Under the pieces are notes generated by a model. That model did no database searches, had not been told where the DNA came from, and saw only the letters and a list, made by a program, of their open reading frames with translations. The translations under genes were made by a program, and so were the position numbers. A DNA stretch of 64,000 nucleotides, from IMG/VR virus record IMGVR_UViG_3300028179_000157; one strand, given 5' to 3'. Below are positions 47,775 to 57,317 of this stretch, piece by piece. Numbering within the stretch: position 1 is the stretch's first letter; each line of letters begins with the position of its first letter. This stretch comes from an uncultured virus (IMG/VR IMGVR_UViG_3300028179_000157) (taxonomy: Duplodnaviria; Heunggongvirae; Uroviricota; Caudoviricetes).

Positions 47775-49928
47775 TTACGGACGATCCGTACCACGGTACA
47801 GAATGGAGATCAGTCGACCAGGCTTGGAACCCAGCGCATGCATACCCACACGCGACGGCGAGATCCAGTTCTTGCCAGCAACCATCTGACGGGTGATCGC
47901 CAACTTCAGGCGACGGCCAGCAGTCGTCTGGTCCTGCAGCGACAGACCACCCAGCAGTGCCATGTAGTCGGTGTACAGGTTCTCGTCATCCCAGGTGGAG
48001 CTCAGGCCAAGGACAGCCAGTTGACCCAGTGCCTCACCTGCGTTGTCGGTGCCCGTGATGCCACCCACAGCGTTACCCACCGCCTGACCAACCGGGTTAC
48101 CAGCAGCCATCTGACCCGCAGTCACAGCAGCGGTCTGCTGCCAAGAGTTCTGCGGGGCGATCGGCATGAAGAACACGGTGGACAGATCGACCAGCGAGAA
48201 CGCTACGTCCAGCTGCAACGGCTCGAAGTCTTCCGTGAACCCGACGTTACCAGCGCCGTGACTGACAGAGATGTTGTCCATCATTGCCAGACGCGACTGC
48301 ATCATGCCGCGGCAGTACGCCTCACACAGGAACGGAGAGGTGTAGGACTGCTTACCGGTAGCCAGCGGAGAGCCACCAGCCAGGATGCACGCCAGAGGCA
48401 CGTACAGGTGCAGCAGGCGAGCCATCTTGTTGCCGTAGGCCGAGCGCAGGGTCAGGGTGAAGTCCAAGCGAGGCAGCGAGGCACGTGAGGACATCCAGAC
48501 CTTGGGGATCTCGATCTGAGCATTACCCGCCAGTGCTGCAGCGCCACCAGCGCCGAACTGCTCCATGAAGCCCTGAGCCGCATCGGAGACAGCGTTCTTC
48601 GCCGCACCGAATGCCTCGCCCACCATACCGCCGACAATCTTACCGTCAGCAAGGTTGGTTCGTGCTGCACGATTGGCCGAAGCAATGGAGTTCAGCTTCT
48701 GGGAGATCTCCGACTCGCCGGCTTCATTGGAGATGCTCAGCTGCGTCGGACCGGTGTAGTCAACACGCAGACCAAGGAACTGAGAGCCGTCCTGATTTTC
48801 GCCATGGAAGAACGAGGTCATCGAGTCCCACCACTTGGCGGGCTGATTGTTCTCGTCGTAACCGGCACGACCACCGCCCTGCTCCACAGCGTCAGCCTTG
48901 TCCAGAGCAAATGCACGATCAGCTCGGGTGGCGTAGGCTTTCAGGTAGGCGTTGGCTGCTGACCACTTCTCATCAACCAGTGCAGTGCCGCTATTTGGAT
49001 CTTTGAGGAAGTAGCTCTGCGGATTGGTCGGGGAGATGTGAGCGCCGTAGACGTTCTTTACTGCAGCACCGAAGCGTTGCAGGAACGGCGTGTCCTTACC
49101 TGGAGCGTCGTCGTTGAAGCCCTTGCCCAGGTAGTTGTTGGACATCACCTGGTCGAGTTTCTCATTGAAGAGATTGGCCTTACGCTGAGCCTTACCTGCG
49201 ATCCAGTAGACGTCGATACCGCCCCACCGATGGAAGATGTCCGGCTGTACCTTGTAGTACGCCTTCATGTCTTCGGAGGTGAAGGTGGACCGGTCCTTGG
49301 CCCAGCGGGTCTGTTCTTCCACGGTCATGGCTCGGGGGATGATCCCCATGTTCACAGCCAGACCGTTGACGATGGTGTTGACCGCATCCCAGTACAGCGG
49401 CATTGCTTGGTTCAGCGAGTAGAACCGGCTGGACGGCTTGCCAAGCATGTAGTTGAGTGCACGGTCAACCATGATCATTGGCTGGGCAGGCAGCGTGGCC
49501 ACCGTACCAACCATCTTGCCAGCCTCGTACATGATGCCGGGCACACGACCAGTGCGCGCCATGATTGCCATGCCGGGGCTGTACATATTCGCGAAGAAGT
49601 TCAACAGCGAGTTGAACTGGGGAACACCGAAGCGCATGTAAAGACGCTGCGATCGGCTATCGATGGCTTCTTCATACCAACGACCCATGCCCTTGTTCTC
49701 AAAGCCCTTGGCACCGAAAGCGGTGATGCCGTATGCCTTGACGTCCGCAGTACGGGTCAGCTGCGGTGGGGGATTGATGACAAAGTTGCCGCCCAGAGAG
49801 GTATCGGTGAACCCGAAGTCCACCTCACGCAACGTACGGCGTTCAAACTCAATGTCATCCATTTTGTCAGCGGAGACGATGAAAGTCTGGCGCATCCAGT
49901 CGCGATCGTGACGGTGAAGGGTTGCCAT
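47775..49928 (-). CDS. Baseplate/tail structural protein (phiKZ gp182-like)
   Basis: 717 aa, directly downstream of the giant tail lysin; FTDTSLGGNF.INPPPQ.TR.AD motif. Confidence 0.7.
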   Translation of the reverse strand: MATLHRHDRDWMRQTFIVSADKMDDIEFERRTLREVDFGFTDTSLGGNFVINPPPQLTRTADVKAYGITAFGAKGFENKGMGRWYEEAIDSRSQRLYMRFGVPQFNSLLNFFANMYSPGMAIMARTGRVPGIMYEAGKMVGTVATLPAQPMIMVDRALNYMLGKPSSRFYSLNQAMPLYWDAVNTIVNGLAVNMGIIPRAMTVEEQTRWAKDRSTFTSEDMKAYYKVQPDIFHRWGGIDVYWIAGKAQRKANLFNEKLDQVMSNNYLGKGFNDDAPGKDTPFLQRFGAAVKNVYGAHISPTNPQSYFLKDPNSGTALVDEKWSAANAYLKAYATRADRAFALDKADAVEQGGGRAGYDENNQPAKWWDSMTSFFHGENQDGSQFLGLRVDYTGPTQLSISNEAGESEISQKLNSIASANRAARTNLADGKIVGGMVGEAFGAAKNAVSDAAQGFMEQFGAGGAAALAGNAQIEIPKVWMSSRASLPRLDFTLTLRSAYGNKMARLLHLYVPLACILAGGSPLATGKQSYTSPFLCEAYCRGMMQSRLAMMDNISVSHGAGNVGFTEDFEPLQLDVAFSLVDLSTVFFMPIAPQNSWQQTAAVTAGQMAAGNPVGQAVGNAVGGITGTDNAGEALGQLAVLGLSSTWDDENLYTDYMALLGGLSLQDQTTAGRRLKLAITRQMVAGKNWISPSRVGMHALGSKPGRLISILYRGTDRP

Positions 49929-49944
49929 CTTGGGATCTCATGTA

Positions 49945-49996
49945 AAAGGAAAAAGTAGGGGCGGAGGACAACCTCCGCCCCATTCCACTTTATGCC
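49945..49996 (-). terminator. Intrinsic terminator after the giant tail protein
   Basis: Minus strand GGCATAA(stop)...GGGGCGGAGG-TTGT-CCTCCGCCCC-TACTTTTTCCTTTT. Confidence 0.75.
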
Positions 49997-52900
49997 ACGT
50001 CGCTGCGCAGGCCGAAATCAACCACGGGGGTCGAGTTGGACTCTGCTACCAGAGTAGCCTGACGTCGAGCATTCTCTCGCTTGGCGCGAGTACTCTGCTG
50101 TACCATCAAGCCATCCTTTTCCACTGACTTCGGTGGCGGTGCAGCGGGTGCTGCTTCTGCGGGTGCGGCTTCAGAAGATTGGGCTGGCACATTGAGAGCT
50201 GCCGGGTTGTTCCCAATCTTGGTACTGATGTCGCGCAGGTGACCTTCCATGGCCTTCATCACGTACAACTGCTTGTTCATGATTTCCATCACGCTGCCGG
50301 TCTGAGCCGTCTGAGCACTCTGAACGGCACGGCTGTTTACGTCGGCCTCGTAAGACTGACGAACCGCAGCCTGCTGCATCTGAACCTGCGGATCGGAGTT
50401 GGTCGTACTTGCGCTGACCAAACCGACGCCACCTGCACCCTGGTCGTTGTAGGCCGGGTTGGACGGACGGGGAGCATCGACGAACTCACGCGGTGTTGCA
50501 TTGGCACCAGCCGGAGCCGCGCCTGCCATTGCCAGCGCAGGGTTGGGAGCACCGGTAGCCGAGACAGGCATTGCACTGGCCGTGTAGCTGGCCGCCTGAC
50601 CCGTATCACCTTCACCACTACGAGTGTTGAAACTACCCGCACCGATGGCCGCAATGTCACTCGCACCGTAACGATGGCCCCGTACCAGCTTGTCCAGATG
50701 GGCAATCACGCCACCCATCGTCTTGGGACGACCATCACGCTCGAAGTAGATGTTGCGGTTGGCACTAGCCGCTGCAGGCATCGCCTGAGCACCAATGGCC
50801 TCTGCGGGGGACCGTAGAGCACTGACAGCGCCACCGGCACCCATGAAGTGCGCCATGTACAGATCAGTATCCGTGGGTTCACGACCGACACTCTTACGCA
50901 AGTGAGCGGCATTCTCCCTCAGGAACTCGGCACCCATCAGGGCATTGGCACGCGGGTCGAACTGATGCGCATCCGGCGAGATGCCGTACTTCGCACCGTA
51001 CTTCTTCAACATCGACTTCCAGGTGCTGTTGATGAACTGATACAGACCCTTGGCCGAGGACGTACCTGCACCGACCTGCGGGCGGAAGCCCGACTCAATC
51101 GACGCCATGGTCATCATCAACTTCGGATCCACGCCAGCCATCTTTGCAGCCGCCACGATCAGCGGACCGATCGCCTTGGCACCCACAGCGCCCGGAGGCG
51201 GCATGGGCAAGTCGTTGACGTTGCCACCGGTTCCGTTACCCGGATGATCGACCGTCTGACCCACAGGACTCGGGTTGGAGTAGTTGCCTGCCCCGTAGCC
51301 GGTGTTCATCATCGCTGGTGCGGCACCCATGCCCATACCCGAGCCCGGCTGGTAGGCCGTGTTCATGTACGAGTACGGAGTGGACGCTGACGCATTCCCC
51401 GCGCTTGCAGTACCGCCACCAGCAGACGCTCGTGCAGCCGCCGCCGCCGAGTCGGCCGTAGCCTGAGCGGGTGTGGTGTTGTATGCCGAGTTGGCCTGCT
51501 TGTTCTGGTTTGCTTCGCGAACAGCATTGGGGTCAAGACACGCCATGCCACCGATGATGGCCAGCTGGAACGGACGAGCCGCCATCTTCTCGTAGAACAG
51601 CTTCATCGCTGCCTGCGAGTTGGTGATCGACTTCTGGTTACCAATACGAGCACGACCCAGGCCCAAGAGAATGCAGCCCTGTGAATCAGCCTTCTTGCCG
51701 TGCTCTGCCGACCCTGCCGAATTACCAGCGTGGATCAGAATCGCCGACCGACCCGGCACACCGTACACCTCGTACGCCTGACCGAAGGAACTGGTCTGAC
51801 GCTTGGCACACTTGTAGACGCCCGTGGGAATGCACGACACCCTCGATGCGTTGTCCTTCCATGGCAGTTCCAAGGTCTGGAACACCGTGCCGTCTGGCAG
51901 CTTCAGCGTACCGTAGGTTCCATCCAGATCCGACGCCTCACGATCAAGAACCAGCTGCATCGTGCCGTTGAGCATGATGGGAGCCATCGGAGGAGCCATC
52001 ATCATTCCCTGACCCGGCTTGTACTGCATGTTCATGTAACCACCGCCAACGGCCAATCCACCGACCGATGCTATCGGCCTACCGTTGGCGTCGAACCCTG
52101 CGGTAGGCTTGCCTTCCGTAGCGCCTGCAAAGCCCGTGGCTGCAACACCGGTGGGAACACCCGGCACCTTCCCTGCCTGCTCAGCCTTGCGCTTGGCATC
52201 AGCAATGTCGGCATCTTCCTGACGACGATCCATCCAGTCGTTCAGAGGAGAGGTCATCATGCTCATGCCCGGAGCCAGTGCCATGGAGGCATCAGAGAGA
52301 CGCTTGGCGCCACTCATGAATCCACCAACGCCCGAACGGTCCTTGTCAATGCGAGCCAGCGCCAGGCTCATCGAGCGATCCACGTCTGCAGCCGAGATCT
52401 TCAGCGGTTCGCCGAAGGGACCAGCCATGGACTTGTAGATCTCCGGATTTACCTTGGAGCCTGCCTTGACCAGCTCCACCTTCTTGTCCTGATCCAACTC
52501 ATCGTCGGCGTCGTTCAAGTTGGTGGTCGGTGCAATGGCCTTCATCGCCTGGAACCAAGTCAGATAGACCGGCTTGAATCGGCGAGTCAACCACACATCG
52601 AGCAGGTTGCGTTCTTCTTGGTTGTTGGTGAACCAACCGTCGTCCAGGCCGAAGTGCTTGTACACCTCTTCCATGGAGAGTTTCTCCGAGGAGATATCCA
52701 GCTGACCGTTCACCATCTTGGTGTGCGGTGCAACCATCTGCTCGAAGTCGACGATCTTCTCCACGTTGCTGGCATCGCCATAGGCCACGCCGTACTGTGC
52801 CATACGGAACGCACGGACCGGGATGTAGGTGCCGTACTTGTACTTCTTCCACGCCTTGTAACCGACGTAGCCAACAGCACCCACCACAGCCGCACCGATC

Positions 52901-55900
52901 AAGACCGGCAGACCAATGGTTGCCATCAGACCAGCACCAGCCGTACCGGCCACAGCACCGCCTGCACCCACGCCACCAGCAGCTGCCGCAGTACCTGCCG
53001 CAGCGCCACCACCGGTCAAGGTAGAGACAACGGAGGTTGCCATCAGGCCAGTGGAGACCATACCTGCGGTATCGGCCACACCGTTGACGACCTTACCACC
53101 AGTGGAGTCATCGCCACCCAGCTTGTCAACCAGATAGCTACCACCCAGACCCATTGCCACACCAGCAGCGATGCCACCGACGCTTGCACCACGCGGACGG
53201 AAGCGACCAATGCCCCTGCGGAGGAAGCCAGGAGCCCGACGTGCACCGGGGATCGGAGGCGGACGAACTACTCGCGGTGTTGCACCAGTGCGAGCACGGG
53301 CCGGAAGCCCACGACGACGCCTGGAACGAGCAATACGGGCCGCGCGGTTACGACGCCACCCACCACGCTTACGACCACGGGTGTCGCGCCCTGGGGCACG
53401 ATTGCGGCGCTGCTTGCGACCATCGGCATCGACGTAGAAGTCGCCACCGCCATCGCCACCATCACAGCCACAGCAACCACAACCGCAGTCGCCATCACCG
53501 TCACCACCCTTGCCGCCCTTCCTGCCGAAGAACTTTTCCCACAGGCCCTTGACCTTCCCACCGATACCAAACATGTTGGCAACGATGTTGTCCTTGGAGG
53601 AGGCCTTGCCTGCATGACCGGGGCGATCGCGTTTGTCATCGCCATCACCATCCCCGCTCTTTTCACGTTCCTGCCAGCTGCCATCACGCAGGCCGTCACC
53701 GTCGGTATCACCGAACACCGGCTTGGGCAGACGCTGATCCAGCAACTCGTAGATGTTCTGCAGAACGTTCAACTGCTTGTTCTGCACATCCAGCTGGTTC
53801 TGCAGCTGGTCGCCGATATAGCTACCCACGCCGACGAAGACGTTGGTGATGCTATCCAGACGAACACCGGACAGGAAGTCCATCAGACGCTTGGGTGCCT
53901 TCACTGCCCACTGACTGAACTTGCTCAGACGGGCGGCGATACCCAATGCCACATTCACTGCAACGTGTCCGATACGTCCACCGATCGTCAGACCGAAGGG
54001 CATGCCGTTCACGTCTACCAGCCCGCGCTTGATATCGTCGGTGGTCAGTACGATGTTGCCATCGCTGTCCATGACGGTATTGGTACAATCACGCCAGCTC
54101 ATCACGACCTTGGTGCCGGTGACTCCGTCTTGGACGAAGTACTGGCCGGCCTTCATCTTGATGGCAAGCAGACGCGGAGCCTGCGGTTCACCACGCACGT
54201 AGATGTCTTTGTCAGCATCCATGCGCGCCAGTGCGCCGTTGATCGCATTGCGAACGAAGTTGCCAGCACGGAACGGAGCAGTGCTCGTCCAGCCCAGCGC
54301 CTTCAAGAAGCCGCGCCCACCGGCAGTGAGACCTGCCAGGATGCGCTGCCCATTGCTGTTGTACAGCTGCTGACTGAAGTCATAGGCCGTCAGCACCACG
54401 TTACCGGCAGCATCCTTCACCGGACCCTTGATGTCCGAGAGCTTGGTGATGACCTTGCCAGTGCCTACGTCGAAGTACTGACCCAGCCGGAGCAGTCGAG
54501 CCTCCAGCAGAACACGGCCCTGCTTGTCACGAACGTCGGAGATGTAGTTCAGAGCACCTTCGGCAGCATTGGCACCTGCAGCCCAGCCAATACCAGCGGC
54601 GCCCTTCGCACCACCCCATGCAGCGTTTGCCAGACTACCCAGCGTACGGCCGAGGAAGCTACCAGCGGCAGAACCACCACGCCAAGCCGCACCAGCGCCC
54701 TGACCTGCCAACTTGCCACCAGCGACCAACTTGCCACCGATCCAACGGAAGGCGTGTTCAGTACCGCCCCAGAAACCCTTGCGCCGTGAGTAGCCGCCCG
54801 GAATCGGAGGAGGACCACCGGAGCCACCACCGCCACCGCCGAATTGGCCAGAGGCAAGCATCTCACGGATATCGCCCAGCAGTTCCACCGTGGCAGTTGC
54901 CTGACCGGTGATGTTGTTGGCACGCACGGCAGTGATCAGTTCACCCTCACCAGTCACCGATTCATTGATGCTGGTAAGCATGTCGCGAGCATTGACTTTG
55001 TTGGAGCCAACACCTGCGGGCGGTTCAGCAGCTTCGACAGCACGCTGATCCATGATCTTCTGGCGACGCTTGGACACACCCTTGGCACGGCGACCACTGT
55101 TGATGGTGGCACGCGAAGGCGGGGACGCTGCACCGATCGGAGCGGGGGTGGCAGGCATGACGACCTTGGCAACCAGTTGGACCGGTACGCCAGTTTCCTC
55201 TGCCAGTTCCCACACCTCGTCGGGGTAGTCGATGGAAGCATTTGCATCACGAGTACGCCGGAACGCCTCGCTGTAGTTCATGCGACCAGTCAACCCACCC
55301 TTCTCGATCAGACCCAGCGCTTCCATCAGCTCACGCTGACCAGCCTCGATGTAACCCTTGGTCTTGTCACGGGGGTCATCGAAGTTGTTGCGCATTGCGG
55401 TGTACTTCTCACGCAACTTGGCAGCACGGTTGATGTCATGGACGCGGAAGTCGAACTTCTCACCCTGACCCATACCCAGTGCTTGCGAGAACACATCAGC
55501 GATCTCCTGCCGGACTTGCGGCGCGAGCTTCTCGTCGAAGTATTCCTTGTTGGTGTAGTTGTCCGCACTCCACGAACGCGCCCCGAGGGAGTCGCGCATC
55601 AGCTGGTCTTTCAGAGCACCTGACGCTTCCGGGGACATGGTCGAGTTGCCAGCGACCGAACGCACGAACTCATCCAGGCTGTTGCGAGCACCGGTGGTGT
55701 TGGCTTCACCGAACATGCGCCACGCAGCATCCTTGACAGCCTCGTCCTTGGTCGTGAAAGCACCGCGGTCGGCATTGTAGATGATGCGCTTGATGTTCGG
55801 GTTCTTGGACATCATCACCCGCTGCGCATGCAAGATGCGAGACAGGTAGCCGGGGATCACTTCGATCAGGGCCCGGTTGGCGCCATTGGTGAAGCCGCTG

Positions 55901-57261
55901 TGCGAATCACTGTCCAGGATCGGGGAGTCACCGAGGCTGGAGTTCAACATGTGGGTCGGGATCAGCTGCTGCGCAAGACGCGCCATGCTGCCCTTCCAGC
56001 CGGTCTGCGTGGTGCCACGCTGAGCCAGCTCGTTGAACATTTCCGGGATACCGGTGGTGAAGTACTTCAGCGCACTACCGCCACGCTTCAGTTCCGGCAT
56101 CTGGTCGGTGATGCGGGAGAAGAACTGTGCAACGCGATAACCTGCCTGCTCAGCCAGCTCCCCACCCATCATGCCGCCGATCATCTCGTGCGGACCACCC
56201 GTGTCGCCAAACTCCTTGGCCGACTCCATGGACTCCGCCAGCTGGCGGCCCATGTTGAACCCTTCCATCATCTGGCGGGTGTAGGTGGACATCACGTTCT
56301 GAACGTTGGACTTCAGCTGCTTGCCGAAGCCGCGGACATACTCAGACGCCTTGTTCTGCACACCACCGATCAGACGCTGCTTCAGCATCTGCCGGTTGAC
56401 TTCTGCGGTCTTGATCTTCACCGCATCAGGCAGCGCGGTGTTCTTGGTGATGCTTTCCAGGAACTTGTTGGTCAGCTCACTGGACTTGACCGTTACATCG
56501 GTCAGGTCGCGCATCATGAACAACTGCTTGAACTGCAGTTCCAACGACTTGCGCTGGTAACGGGAAGTGAAGTTGTCCTGGAACGCGACCAAGCGGTCGA
56601 TACCGGCACGAGTGGTTTCCAGCTGCAGCATTTCGTTGCTGTGCTGGTCATCCTCGATCTTCTCGCGGATCGTCTTGTCCACCTTCTGGTGGGCATAGAT
56701 CGACTCGGAGGCCTTCAGGTTCTCCTTGAAGATTTCACCCAACTGGGTGTTGATCTCCCGGTCATCCGCTTCCTTACGACGCTCTTCTTCAGAGCGGGCG
56801 TTATCGAAGTAGGATTCCTTCTCGGTCAGCAGTTTGTCAATCCGAGAATAGATCTTCTCGGGGATGACATTTTCTACAGATGCGAGTAATTTTTTGGAGG
56901 AACGCTGGATCTCTTTCAGCGGAGCCCGCATTTCTGTGGCGGCGCTATTGTATAGATCCTTGGTCGACGACCACGCAGAGTCTGCGACGTTGAATGCTTG
57001 GCCGTAGCCGTCCGGCAGGGCGCGCTTGATAAAGTCTTCGATGAAGTGCTTATCGGAGACCGTCGACTTCGCCCCTTCGTAGATGCCAGCCGCCAGCTTG
57101 GTGGTCGGCTTACGATTGTCTTTCTCCGGCTTGAAGTCAAACTCATCCAAGCCAAAGTCGAAGCCGTCCAGACCCAAGTCCATGTCGTCCAGCTTGTTGC
57201 TGCGACTGTTCTTGTTGGGCGGTGGACCCTTCTTGCCTTTCTTGTCGTTCGTCGAAGCCAT
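49990..57261 (-). CDS. Giant tail protein with lytic transglycosylase (phiKZ gp181-like; tape-measure/ejection protein)
   Basis: 2423 aa; helical N-region, hydrophobic Gly/Ala segments, SLT motifs IESGF...SSAKGLYQFI.STW...YMAHFMG; divergent from RNAP beta'. Confidence 0.88.
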   Translation of the reverse strand: MASTNDKKGKKGPPPNKNSRSNKLDDMDLGLDGFDFGLDEFDFKPEKDNRKPTTKLAAGIYEGAKSTVSDKHFIEDFIKRALPDGYGQAFNVADSAWSSTKDLYNSAATEMRAPLKEIQRSSKKLLASVENVIPEKIYSRIDKLLTEKESYFDNARSEEERRKEADDREINTQLGEIFKENLKASESIYAHQKVDKTIREKIEDDQHSNEMLQLETTRAGIDRLVAFQDNFTSRYQRKSLELQFKQLFMMRDLTDVTVKSSELTNKFLESITKNTALPDAVKIKTAEVNRQMLKQRLIGGVQNKASEYVRGFGKQLKSNVQNVMSTYTRQMMEGFNMGRQLAESMESAKEFGDTGGPHEMIGGMMGGELAEQAGYRVAQFFSRITDQMPELKRGGSALKYFTTGIPEMFNELAQRGTTQTGWKGSMARLAQQLIPTHMLNSSLGDSPILDSDSHSGFTNGANRALIEVIPGYLSRILHAQRVMMSKNPNIKRIIYNADRGAFTTKDEAVKDAAWRMFGEANTTGARNSLDEFVRSVAGNSTMSPEASGALKDQLMRDSLGARSWSADNYTNKEYFDEKLAPQVRQEIADVFSQALGMGQGEKFDFRVHDINRAAKLREKYTAMRNNFDDPRDKTKGYIEAGQRELMEALGLIEKGGLTGRMNYSEAFRRTRDANASIDYPDEVWELAEETGVPVQLVAKVVMPATPAPIGAASPPSRATINSGRRAKGVSKRRQKIMDQRAVEAAEPPAGVGSNKVNARDMLTSINESVTGEGELITAVRANNITGQATATVELLGDIREMLASGQFGGGGGGSGGPPPIPGGYSRRKGFWGGTEHAFRWIGGKLVAGGKLAGQGAGAAWRGGSAAGSFLGRTLGSLANAAWGGAKGAAGIGWAAGANAAEGALNYISDVRDKQGRVLLEARLLRLGQYFDVGTGKVITKLSDIKGPVKDAAGNVVLTAYDFSQQLYNSNGQRILAGLTAGGRGFLKALGWTSTAPFRAGNFVRNAINGALARMDADKDIYVRGEPQAPRLLAIKMKAGQYFVQDGVTGTKVVMSWRDCTNTVMDSDGNIVLTTDDIKRGLVDVNGMPFGLTIGGRIGHVAVNVALGIAARLSKFSQWAVKAPKRLMDFLSGVRLDSITNVFVGVGSYIGDQLQNQLDVQNKQLNVLQNIYELLDQRLPKPVFGDTDGDGLRDGSWQEREKSGDGDGDDKRDRPGHAGKASSKDNIVANMFGIGGKVKGLWEKFFGRKGGKGGDGDGDCGCGCCGCDGGDGGGDFYVDADGRKQRRNRAPGRDTRGRKRGGWRRNRAARIARSRRRRGLPARARTGATPRVVRPPPIPGARRAPGFLRRGIGRFRPRGASVGGIAAGVAMGLGGSYLVDKLGGDDSTGGKVVNGVADTAGMVSTGLMATSVVSTLTGGGAAAGTAAAAGGVGAGGAVAGTAGAGLMATIGLPVLIGAAVVGAVGYVGYKAWKKYKYGTYIPVRAFRMAQYGVAYGDASNVEKIVDFEQMVAPHTKMVNGQLDISSEKLSMEEVYKHFGLDDGWFTNNQEERNLLDVWLTRRFKPVYLTWFQAMKAIAPTTNLNDADDELDQDKKVELVKAGSKVNPEIYKSMAGPFGEPLKISAADVDRSMSLALARIDKDRSGVGGFMSGAKRLSDASMALAPGMSMMTSPLNDWMDRRQEDADIADAKRKAEQAGKVPGVPTGVAATGFAGATEGKPTAGFDANGRPIASVGGLAVGGGYMNMQYKPGQGMMMAPPMAPIMLNGTMQLVLDREASDLDGTYGTLKLPDGTVFQTLELPWKDNASRVSCIPTGVYKCAKRQTSSFGQAYEVYGVPGRSAILIHAGNSAGSAEHGKKADSQGCILLGLGRARIGNQKSITNSQAAMKLFYEKMAARPFQLAIIGGMACLDPNAVREANQNKQANSAYNTTPAQATADSAAAAARASAGGGTASAGNASASTPYSYMNTAYQPGSGMGMGAAPAMMNTGYGAGNYSNPSPVGQTVDHPGNGTGGNVNDLPMPPPGAVGAKAIGPLIVAAAKMAGVDPKLMMTMASIESGFRPQVGAGTSSAKGLYQFINSTWKSMLKKYGAKYGISPDAHQFDPRANALMGAEFLRENAAHLRKSVGREPTDTDLYMAHFMGAGGAVSALRSPAEAIGAQAMPAAASANRNIYFERDGRPKTMGGVIAHLDKLVRGHRYGASDIAAIGAGSFNTRSGEGDTGQAASYTASAMPVSATGAPNPALAMAGAAPAGANATPREFVDAPRPSNPAYNDQGAGGVGLVSASTTNSDPQVQMQQAAVRQSYEADVNSRAVQSAQTAQTGSVMEIMNKQLYVMKAMEGHLRDISTKIGNNPAALNVPAQSSEAAPAEAAPAAPPPKSVEKDGLMVQQSTRAKRENARRQATLVAESNSTPVVDFGLRSDVA

Positions 57262-57317
57262 ATTTCTACCCTGGCCCTTTATCAATACCCGTCTATAGAA
57301 TTAAGGAGTAGGCCGCT

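Noticed and set aside
2221..49996. Hairpins as REP/MITE mobile elements
   Set aside because: Stem sequences differ, there are no target-site duplications or transposase, and they sit strictly at gene 3' ends
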